A stretch of DNA of 64,000 bases. Source: Scenedesmus sp. PABB004. Lineage: Eukaryota. Below are positions 40,101 to 50,217 of the stretch, in pieces; position 1 is the stretch's first letter; the number at the start of each line of letters is the position of its first letter. The position numbers and the translations under genes are program-made. The stretch spans positions 620,001 through 684,000 of the forward strand of contig JABVCE010000005.1 in assembly GCA_014905635.1 (NCBI GenBank). Reading direction: 5' to 3'. The notes under the pieces were generated by a model. The model saw only the letters and a program-made list of their open reading frames with translations. It was not told the origin of the DNA and did not search any database.

Positions 40101-41506
40101 GCGCACGCGCGCGCGGTGTGTCGAGCGAGGCTCCGGTCTCCACCAGGCGGCGCGCGCCGCCCGCGCGCCGCGGCGCCCCACCGCCCCCACCGCCGCCGCC
40201 GCCGCGGGCGCAGGTTCGCGGGCACGCCGCACAGCCACGTCGAGCTGCCCTGCAACGAGGTCACAGGCGCGGAGGGCGCGGCGCTCGCTGCGGAGATGTC
40301 GGCCGCGGCGCGCGCGTGGTTTGCGTCCGTCGCGGCCGAGCCGCACTCGTTCGCCAAGCCGACGTTCGTCCTCGGGCTCAGCCCCTGGACCGTGACCAAC
40401 CTCCTGCCCGACGGCGCGCACGAGCGCACCAAGGGCGCCGTCACGCTGCTCGCCAACGGCGCGACCGGGTTTTTCGCCCCCGGCGACGCGCTCTGCTTCG
40501 ACGTCGCCGTGCTGACCGGCGGGCGGTACGAGGCGGTGCTGATCTACACCAGCAAGGCCACGGCCACGCTGCGGCTCGCGGTCGGGCCGCACGCGGCGAT
40601 AAAGGCGGGCTCCGCGCCCGCGGTCACCGCGCAGCTGCCGCAGCAGGTGCGGCGGGCAGAGGGGGAGGGCAGGGAGGGGGGGGGGGCTGTTGGTGGCTGC
40701 TGGCGGCGGCGCGGCGCGCGGCGTGAGCCCCCGACGACGCCCGCCTCAGCTGTGCCCACGTACGCGCGCCGCGCGCCGCAGAGCACGCTGCTCGGCCAGA
40801 CGCTCGGCACGCTGGACCTGCCGGCCTCCGGCTCTGCCAAGACAGACGCGTGCCTGGAGCTGGTCGGCCGCGGCGGCGCGGCGGGCGACAAGGTGTTTGC
40901 CTACCTCGGCGTGCTGCGCATGACGCTGCTCACGCCGTCAGCGCCCGTGGGCACCGCGGCGCTGCCGCCGCGGGCGCGGGCGGCGGCCGTGGGCGCGGCG
41001 GCCAGGCGCCGGGCGCGGCCGGCGGCACGCGGGGGCACGCGCGGCCTCCGGGCGGCAAGGCGCCGCCCGGCGCGGCGCGGCCCGGCGGCGCCAGCAAGGG
41101 CCGGCAGGCGGCGCCGGCGGCGCCGGCGGCGGCGCCGATGGCCACGCCCGCGCGCGGGCTGGACCTGGCGGGCGAGTACGGCTGGCTGCTCGCGCCGTCG
41201 CTCGAGCGCGGCGCGCCGGCGGGCACCAAGCAGCAGCCGGGCGGCGTGCCGCCGCGGCCGCGGCTCAACGCGACCGCCGCGATGCGCGCGGTCGAGGCGC
41301 AGGCCGTCGCCGCGGCCGCGGCCGCGTCCGGCGCGTCCGGCGCGTCCGGCGGAGGCGGCGGCCGGCCGGGGCCGGCGGGCGCGTGGGAGCGGCTGCGCCG
41401 TGCGCACGGCTGGCCCGACGGGCAGACGCGGCTGGAGAGCATGTTCAGCCCCTATTCGGACGAGGGCATCGAGCTCTGCGGCGCGCCCTGCTTCCCCCGG
41501 ATCTGA
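37182..41506 (+). CDS. Secreted formylglycine-type (S1) sulfatase with C-terminal beta-sandwich-like region, 14 exons (frameshift near 40960)
   Basis: Signal peptide [20 protein letters not shown], then [69 protein letters not shown] and [12 protein letters not shown]. Confidence 0.88.
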
Positions 41507-41792
41507 CCGACCGCCCAAGCGTCCGCGCGCGCGGTCAACCGGCGGCACGCGGCGGGCCGTGGCGGGCCGCGGTGGGCGCGCAGCGAGAGTTCGGGTTTCC
41601 CAAGCCCGCCGCGTCGGGGGCTGGCCGTAACGGCGCCTGGCAGGCGCGAGGGCGCAAGGGCTCGCGGCAGCAGCAGCGCGCGCCTCGAGCTCCGCGCCCG
41701 CGGGGCCCCACTTCACAGCTCCCGCACCGCTGCAGCACGCCCGACACGCGCGCGAGCCCGCGCCGCCCGCCGCGCCAGCACAGCTCGAAGCG

Positions 41793-42320
41793 ATGGCGCT
41801 CCTCGCGCAGCGCCGCAGCGCCGCCCTGGCCGGCCGCAGCGCCGCTCCGCGCCCTGGGCTGCGCTCGGTGCAGGGTGCGGCACGCAATGCGCCGCAATTG
41901 GGCGCGCCGCCGCGCCGGCGCGCGCCTAACGCCCGCGCTGCTGCTGATGGCGCCCGCAGTGCGCGGCGCTGCCGCGGTGGTGGCGTCCAAGAAGAAGGAG
42001 ATTATGATGTGGGAGGCCCTGCGCGAGGCCACGGACGAGGAGATGGAGCGCGACCCCACCGTCTGCGTGATGGGTGCGCAGTTGGCGGGCAGAGGCGATG
42101 GATCCATCCCCCGCGCCCCCGCCCCGCGCTCACCGCCGCGCCGGCCGCAGGCGAGGACGTGGGCCACTACGGTGGCAGCTACAAGGTCACCTACGACCTC
42201 TACAAGAAGTACGGCGACATGCGCGTGCTCGACACGCCCATCTGCGGTGCGGCAGCGGCGCGCGGCGCGCGGCGGGCGGCGGCAGGGCTGGAGCGGGAGC
42301 AGCAGCCAGGGCAGCAGCAG

Positions 42321-42366
<46 letters not shown>

Positions 42367-43269
42367 CACCAGGGGCGCCGGCGCGCGGCGCGCCGAGCCG
42401 CGCCGCCCCGCCGCGCCGCCGCCGCTGCTTGCCGCAGAGAACGGCTTCATGGGCATGGGCATCGGCGCGGCGATGACGGGGCTGCGCCCGATCGTGGAGG
42501 GCATGAACATGGGCTTCCTGCTGCTCGCGTTCAACCAGGCGCGCGCGAGCGGCGGCGCGCCTCGCTCCTCTCTCCCCGCGCAGCGCGCGCGCCGCGCGGG
42601 GCCCGACGCGCCGCGCCCGCGCCGCCGCCGCGCGCCCACTCGCCTGCGCCCCCACACACCGCGCAGATCTCCAACAACTGCGGCATGCTGCACTATACGA
42701 GCGGCGGGCAGTTCAAGGTGCCGGTCGTCATCCGCGGCCCCGGCGGCGTCGGCCGCCAGCTCGGCGCGGAGCACAGCCAGCGCCTGGAGAGCTACTTCCA
42801 GTCAATCCCCGGCGTGCAGCTCGTCGCCGTGAGCACCGTCGCCAACGCCAAGGCACTGCTCAAGTCGGTGCGTGCTGCCCCGCGCGGCGCGGGGGCCAGG
42901 CGGCAGGGCGCCAGGCGGCGGGCGCCGCGCCGCGGCGCGGGCGCGGCGACGCGCCACGGCCGCGCCGCGCCGCGGCGGCGCCGCGGCTGTGGGCCAGGTG
43001 GGCGCGCGGCGGCGGGAGCTCACGCGCGCCGCGGCGCGCCCGCCCCCTGCTGCGTGCGTGCGCGCGCGCGCGTGGCTAGGCCATCCGCAGCGACAACCCT
43101 ATCATCTTCTTCGAGCACGTGCTGCTGTACAACATCAAGGGCGAGACCCACGACGGCGACTACTGCCAGTGCCTGGAGAAGGCCGAGGCGCGCCGGGCCC
43201 GCGCGCGCTCAACCCCGCGCGCGCTCAACCCCGCGCGTGCCGCGCCCCCGCGCCGCGCCCCGACCGCCG

Positions 43270-43308
<39 letters not shown>

Positions 43309-44080
43309 GCGCGCAGATGGTGCGCGAGGGCACCGACGTGAGCATCTTCACGTACAGCCGCATGCGCTACGTGGTCATGCAGGCGGTCGCGGAGCTGGAG
43401 AAGAAGGGCTACAACCCCGAGGTACAAGAGGCACCCCACACACCGCAGCGCACCCGCAGCGCGCCCGCAGCGCGCCCGCGGCGCCCCGCGCCCGGCCGCT
43501 GCTCGGCGCCCCGCTCGCGGCGGCCCGCCCACCCGCCCACCCCGCCGCCTCGCGCCGCCGCCGCCGCCGCCGCCGGCAGGTGATCGACCTGATCAGCCTG
43601 AAGCCGTTTGACATGGAGACGATCGCCAAGTCGATCCGCAAGACGCGCAAGGCGCTGATCGTGGAGGAGTGCATGAAGACGGGCGGCATCGGCGCGTCGC
43701 TGAGCGCGGTCATCAACGAGTCGCTCTTTGACGAGCTCGACCACCAGGTGCGGCCGCGGGGGCTTAGGGTTTGGGGGCCACACGCGGGCCACGCGCGGGC
43801 CTCGCCGCGCGCGCCGTGGGCGCGCGTGTGCGAGGGCGGGCGCAGCGCGCGCGTGAGCGGGTGTGTGCGGCGCCGCGGCGGCGGCAGCGGCGCACGCTCG
43901 CTGCGACGGCGGCCCACGCGCGCCGCGTCGTCGCCGTCGCCGTCGCAGGTGCTGCGGCTGTCAAGCCAGGACGTGCCGACCGCGTACGCGTACGAGCTGG
44001 AGGCGGCCACGATCGTGCAGCCGCAGCAGGTGGTGGAGGCGGTCGAGAAGATGTGCGGCCGCGTCGCCGCGGCGGTGTGA
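41793..44080 (+). CDS. pdhB: Pyruvate dehydrogenase E1 beta subunit, plastid type, 9 exons
   Basis: Transit peptide, then [58 protein letters not shown] and [23 protein letters not shown] (plastid/cyanobacterial type). Confidence 0.96.
42300..42365. repeat. (CAG)n microsatellite within PDH intron 42247-42437
   Basis: Directly visible; lies between exons encoding DTPIC and ENGFMG. Confidence 0.85.
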
Positions 44081-44393
44081 GCCGGCAGCAGCTGCAGCAG
44101 CAGCAGCGGCGGCGGCGCCCGCGCGGCGCGAGCGGGCCGAGGGCCGCGGGCGGGCAGGCGCGCGCGCGCGCGGCGCATGCCAGCGGGGCGGCAAAACCCA
44201 GGGCGTCGCGCCCGCCCTTGCCGCCCGGCTGCACAGCATGCCGCCGGCGCACGCCCGCCGCGGCGCCCGTGTGCGGCGGCGGGGCGCGCCCGCCTGGCTG
44301 CGCGCTCACGGACCGGCCGTGCCGCGCGCGGCGCCCGGGGTCTGGGGCTGGGGCGGGGCCATTGCAGCACTGACTGGCGCGGCCGGGCACAAG

Positions 44394-44398
44394 TGTAA
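44394..44398 (+). promoter_or_regulatory. TGTAA candidate polyadenylation signal for PDH E1-beta
   Basis: TGTAA about 310 nt downstream of the stop. Confidence 0.5.
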
Positions 44399-45006
44399 CC
44401 TCTTCTTCCGCGGTGCGAGCTCCGCGCAAACCGCCAACGTCCACCCCCCCCCCACGTTTTCAGCCCAGTCCAGCTCAAAGCCACGCGCGACCCCTGGTTC
44501 AGTGGCAGGGTCCCGTTGATCTGCTACGCCGATCTAGATGCCGCGGCGCGGGTGCGCCGCACGACACCACCAGGACACGAGCGACGGACGCCGCCGGGGC
44601 GCAGGCGCCGGGAGGGGATGCAGTTTCGCAGAGCTTGAGCGATCGCTGGAGCAACCGCGGGGGCTCGCGCGGGCAGCGCGCCCTGCATGCGCACAGCGGC
44701 GTGGGTGTGTGGCGCGAGTGCGTGCGAGTGCGTGGGTGATCAAGACAATCGTCGCGCGTTCGCCAAGCTCCCCATCACCGACGACAGAGCCCGGGGCGTG
44801 GCCGGGCGGGCGTTCTCTGCGCGTGCCACGCGCCAGCGCCGCGGCGTTGACCGCGGCGCCAAGGACAGCCGCGGCAACCTGCCGAGGCTGTCAACCGTGT
44901 GCCCAAAGTGCAGTGTGCAAGTGCCGCGCAGGCAGGGGCGGTCCAGACTAAACAAGACTAAGCAACAGACCCCGGTGCTGCGCTGACCGGCGTGGCCCGC
45001 GCCCGC

Positions 45007-47458
45007 TCACGCGTGCAGCGCCGCGGCCCCGCGCCCGTGCGCTGCCGGCTGCGCGGCGCCGGCGCCGGCGGGCACGCCGCCGCCGCCGCCGCCGCCGGCC
45101 GCGAGGCGGCGCTCGCGCGCGGGCAGGAGCCAGCGCAGCGCGCCGACGAGCAGGCCGCAGAGCATGGTCGTGGCGCCGATGACGTAAAACACGGGCGCAA
45201 AGCCGTGCCTGCTGCGCTGAAGGATCGTGCCGACCGCGATCGGCCCCACCACGCCGCCGAGCACCGAGATGGCGCCATACACAGGCATGCCCACGACCTG
45301 ACTCGGCCCCGCGCTCACGCGCGACGTGATGGCCTGGCTGGGCCCGTTGGCCGCCGAGACGGCGGCCGCCGCGCCGACGAGCGCGACAAAGCCCGCCGCG
45401 ACCTGGGCGCCCGCGAGGGCGGGGAACGCGGCGAGGCACGCGCCCCCCATCAGGAACGCGGCGGTCGTGTGCAGGATGAGCTCGTTGCGCCGCTCGCTGT
45501 GCGCGGCGACGGCCCAGGCGGTCGCGCCGGCGACGGCGTACGGCACGGCGGTGAGCAGCACCGGCTTGACGTCGAGCGCCGAGTGCGCCGCCGCCGTGGT
45601 GGCGAGCCCGACCGCGGTGCCGGCCAGGAGGTTGGAGATGATGATCGGGCTCCAGAAGATCTGGCGGCACACGGAGAGAGAGTGAGAGAGCGAGAGGGCG
45701 CGGGGCGGGGGCGGAGAGGGCGAGGCGGGGGCGTGAGCGGCGGCTGGCGCCGCGCCCGGGCCTCGCCGGCGCGACGTGGCGCGTCGCCGGGCCGCCGCGG
45801 AACGCACGTAGGTGTATGCGGCGACGGAGAAGAGGAAGCCGACGAGGCTCATGAGCAGCAGGAGCGGGTTGACCGCGACCATGCGCAGCAGCGGGAGCGG
45901 GCTGCGCGGGATGGCCTCCGCCGGCGGGCTGCGGCTGAGGCTCTCCGCCATCTGCGGCCGCGCGGCCGCGGGGCGTGAGCCCGGGGCGCGGCGCGCGGTG
46001 CGGCGCGGCGCGGCGCCGCCCCGCCGTGCCCCCCAGGCGGCGCGCACGTCGTCGCGCAGCAGCTCTTTCTGCTCGGCGCTGAGCCACTTGGCGTCGGCGG
46101 GGCGGTCGGGCAGTGTGAGCCAGAGCAGGCCGCCGAGCAGCACGCTGGGGATGCCTTCGAGCATGAAGAGCCACTGAGTGTGTGGGGTGTCAGTGAGTGT
46201 GTGAGTGTGTGTGTGTTTTGGGGAGGGAGTGAGCGGGTGAGAGGCCCTTGGAAGGGAGGCGCGCGGCGTGGCTCAACGGCGCCGCCCGCGGCGCACCTGC
46301 CAGCCGTGCAGGCCGCCCAGGCCCTCCATCGCCAGCAGCCCGGCTGCGCGGCGGCGGCGCCGGCGCCGGCGGCGGCCGCTGCGTCACCGGCGCGCCCCCG
46401 CCGGCGCGGCGCACGCCGCGCGCTGCCCCGCGCCGCGCGCTGCCCCGCGCCGCGCGCTGCCCCGCGCCGCGCGCTGCCCCGCGCCGCGCGCTGCCCCGCG
46501 CCGCGCGCTGCCCCGCGCCGCGCGCTGCCCCGTGCGTCGCTGCGACGCACACCTGCCACCGGCGCGCCCAGAACGTTGGCGATCAGCACGCCCACTGTGA
46601 GCCACATGTATGGCTTGGTGAGGCGGTGCTGTGGGAAGAACTGGGTGAGGTGCCACCACATCGCCGGCGTGGCGCCTGCGCCCATGGCGCAGGCCGCGCG
46701 CGCGCGGGCGGCGCGGCGGCGCGCGTGGGCGGGGCGCGGCCGCGAGCGGGCGGGCGGGCGGGCGCGGGCGGGGGCCTCGGCGGGGCGCACCGCTCTCAAA
46801 GGCGCCCAGCAGCAGGCGCAACACGAAGAACCCGGCCGCGTTGTGCACGAGCGCGAAGCACGACGCCACGACGCCCCACGCCGCGACGAGGAGCGCGAGC
46901 CAGCGGCGGCAGCCGACGCGGACCATCACGAGGTTGGAGGGCACGGCGAAGAGGCAGAACGTCACGAAGAACATCGACACGCCGACGCCGTACGTCGACG
47001 AGGAAAACCCGAGGTCGCGGTTCATGGTCAGCGCGGCAAACGCGATGTTGTTCCTGCGAAACGGCGGCGGCGGCGCGCGCGCGCACACGCGTCGCGGGGG
47101 AGCGCCGCGCGCGGGCGCCGGCGCCGGCGGCCGCGCCTGGCGGCGGGCGGGGCCTGGCGGCGGCGCGCGGGGCCGGCGGCCGTGCGCCGCGCCGTGCGCC
47201 GCGCCTGTCGAGCTGGTTGCAGATGACGACGAGCACAAACAGCGGCAGCAGGCGCCGCCCGGTGCGCGCGTAAACCGCCTGCAGCTGCGCCGACGCGGCG
47301 CCCGGCGCCGCGGGCGCGCCCTCCGGCACCGACGCCACCGAGGCCTTGGCGTCGGCGTGCGGCGCGGGCCCGCTGGCGTCCCCGGGCGCGCGCCGGCCGG
47401 CGCCGCCCTGCGGCGCCGGCCCGTCGAGCGGGCGCCTCGTGCGCATGAAGAACGACAT
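45007..47458 (-). CDS. Major facilitator superfamily transporter, anion:cation symporter (TtuB/Tna1-like), 7 exons
   Basis: RRLLPLFVLVVICNQLDRNNIAFAALTMNRDLG, YGVGVSMFFVTFCLFAVPSNL, FFVLRLLLGAFESG and GLGGLHGWQWLFMLEGIPSVLLG...LPDRPADAKWLS. Confidence 0.9.
46414..46532. repeat. 17-bp tandem repeat x7 (CGCCGCGCGCTGCCCCG) in an MFS intron
   Basis: Seven perfect adjacent copies. Confidence 0.93.
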
Positions 47459-47892
47459 CTTCTGCTGCTGCTGCTGCTGCGCCCGGAACGAGCCAAAGCT
47501 GCCCCCGTCACGCCGCCATCCCCGGCGGGCTGCTGCGGAGCCGCAGCGGCGCGCGGCCGGCGCCGCTGCTGCTGCTGCTGCGCGGGCGGTTGCGCCGCGC
47601 CGGCGGCGCCGCTGGCCCTGTGGGCGTGAGCTGCTCGCGGAGACTATGCCCCGCTGCGCAGCGTGGGAAAAAGTGGCGGGGCGTTCGGGACCAGGGGAGC
47701 TGGGCGGGTGGGCGGCGGCCGCGCTCCTCAGAAGCGCACGCGCGCCGCCGCCGTCGCCCCGCGTGATGCTCGCGACACCTCGCTCGCGGCAGTGCACCGC
47801 ACCCGCAGTCTCGGGGCCGTCGTGACCAGACGCCTGCCTCCTCCCTCGCACAGCACGGCGACGCTGCGCCGTCGACGGCCACCACCGCAAAC

Positions 47893-48982
47893 ATGGCCCT
47901 TCGAGCGCCGCCCTGTGCGGTCTCAGCGGGCACCACGACGAGCAGGATGAACAGCGGGCGCGGCAGCAGCGCCGCGGCGCAGGCGGCGGCGGCGCGCGGA
48001 GCAGCAGCCGCCGTCGCTGCCTGGCGCGGCGGCCTGCGGTGAGCAGGGCGCGCTGCGGCTCGCGCAGGCGCACACACGTGCCGCCGCATCCTGCGTCGTA
48101 TGCGCTCACGCCGCCACGCCACCGCCGCGCCGCGCCGCGCCCGCCAGGCCGCAGCAGCAGCCGGCGGCGGCCAGGCCTGCCGCCCGGGCCGCCGTCGCGT
48201 GCGCCGCCGGCCGGGCCCAGCCGCAGCAGCAGCAGTCGCAGCAGCAGTGGCACGGGCAGCAGCAGCAGCAGCCGCAGCAGCAGGCGCAGCAGCAGGCGCA
48301 GCAGCAGGCGGAGCAGCAGCCCATCCTCGTCGCGGCCGGCACGGCGCCGGGGGCGGTCGCGCGCGCGGTGCAGGTGCAGCTGTCGCGCTTCGGCGGCGCC
48401 GAGGTGTGGGCGACGAGCGCGGCCAACCAGCTCACCGCGGTCGCGGGGCTCGGCGAGGCGCACGCCGCGCTCGCGGCGCGCGGGCAGGGCCTCGTCGCCA
48501 CCGCGGTGCTGTCGGGCAGCGACCAGGCGGTGCCGGACGAGCAGAAGCGCGGCCTGCGCAAGCTCACGCTGCGCGTGGCGCCCTGCGGCGCGGCGCCGCC
48601 GGGCGCGTGGGCGCCGCCGGCGGGCGGCGCGCCGCCGCGGCTGTCCAGCAACCGCACGACCGCCGTGCCCGCGCTCGCGGCCGTGCTCACGGCGGCGCTC
48701 GGCGACGGCGGCGGCGGCGCCGCGTCCGGCGCGCTCGTCGTCGAGGCGCGCGGCGAGCAGGCGGTCACGCGCGTGCTCAAGGCCGCGCTCGCGCTGCAGG
48801 CGGGCGCGGGGCGGCGCCTGTCGCTCGCGCCCATGGCGGGGCCGGTCGCCGACGTCGTCGCGGAGAAGCGCGGCGAGCCGCCGCGCACGGCGCGCGGGCT
48901 GCTGCTGCGCCTCGCGTGGGCGCCGGCGGAGGCGCCGGCGGAGGAGGCCGAGGCCGGGCAGGCGGGCCCGGGCGCGCCGTGA
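47893..48982 (+). CDS. Protein with transit-peptide-like N-terminus, Q-rich linker and two SpoVS-like domains (intron 48039-48147)
   Basis: Frame-consistent splicing from ATG 47893. Domain 1 ILVAAGTAPGAVARAVQVQLSRFGGAEVWATSAANQLTAV...LVATAVL and domain 2 LSSNRTTAVPALAAVL...LVVEARGEQAVTRVLKA resemble SpoVS (LKVSAKSSPNSVAGALAGVLRERGAAEIQAIGAGALNQAVKA). Confidence 0.65.
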
Positions 48983-49293
48983 GAGGCGGCAACAGGCACG
49001 GCCGCCGCGCCGCGCCGCGCCGCGAAGCGCGCGCTGGCGCGCTGGTCGCCGCGCTGCGCGGCGCCAGCAGCAACGGCCAGCAGCCGCCGCCGCTGTCGAG
49101 AGCTCGTGCGTCCGGTGCCGAGCTCGGGGCCCGCGCAAGTTCAGGCGCGGCAGCGGGGAAGCCCACGGGTCATTTTCCGTCACGCATTGCCAGCCCCGCA
49201 GTCGAGAGCCCCCGCCCGCCCGCCCGGAGGTCCGCAGGTCCGATCCCGGCGCCCCCGACCCGCTCCGGCCGCCGCGCACGCCCCGGCGCCGAC

Positions 49294-50186
49294 ATGCAGC
49301 TCGCAGCGCGCTGCCCGTGCGCGTCGCAGCCGCGCAGCCTGCGTGCCGGCACGCGGGGGGCGCGCGGGACGATTGCTCCGCCCCTCCGCACGGCGGCGCC
49401 GCAGAAGAGCTCGGCCGGCACGGCAGACAGCAGCAAGTGCGCGCCCTGGCCAGCCCTGGCGCGGCCGGGAGGGCCGCCCGCGCCGGCATTGCGTGCCCTG
49501 CGGCACGACGGCGCCGTCCCGCAGGCCTCGCGCCACGCGCGGGGGCCGCAGGGGCGCAGGGGCGGGAGGGGCTTAGCATCAGCTGCAGCTCTCCCGCAGC
49601 GCCCTCACGCCCGCGCTGCCCCGCCGCTCCGGCGCCCCGCAGAAGCGCGTCCGCAGCGCTGGCCAGCAGCGTCAACGTCAACGTCGCGGCCGTGCGCAGC
49701 CTGAGCTCGGTGAGGCGCGCGGGGATCTGCCGGGCGCGCGCTGGCAGGCAGCGCCCGGGCGCTCGCGGCGGCCGCGCCGCAGCCGGACAGCTGGCGCGGC
49801 CCTGCCAAGGCCAGGGCCGCCCGACGTGGCCCCGCGGCGCGGGCGGCGGTCGCTGACGGCTGCCGGGACGCCGAATCCTCGCGCCCGGCGCGCCGGCGGG
49901 GGCGCGGCGCCGCGCATTGCTCGCAGCTGCACGCGACGGGATCCCCGCCGCGCCGGCATCGCTCGCTGACGCCCCGCCCGGGCGCTGGCGCAGATGGACA
50001 AGGCGATGGAGGGCTCCATCGCCTCCTCGGACGCCTGGAAGGCGCTGCAGGAGCACGTGGCGGAGATCGAGAACACGTGAGCAGCCCGCGTGCGAGCAGG
50101 CCCGCAGCCGCGCCTGGCAGGGGCAGCGCCGCCCGGCAGCGGCGGTTGGCAGCGGCGCAGCTGCTGCTGCGCGCGCGCGCCGGCGC

Positions 50187-50217
<31 letters not shown>

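Noticed and set aside
44687..44986. Short ORF with a CPKC motif between PDH and MFS
   Set aside because: No family recognised, no convincing start or splice pattern; lies in the convergent 3' UTR zone.
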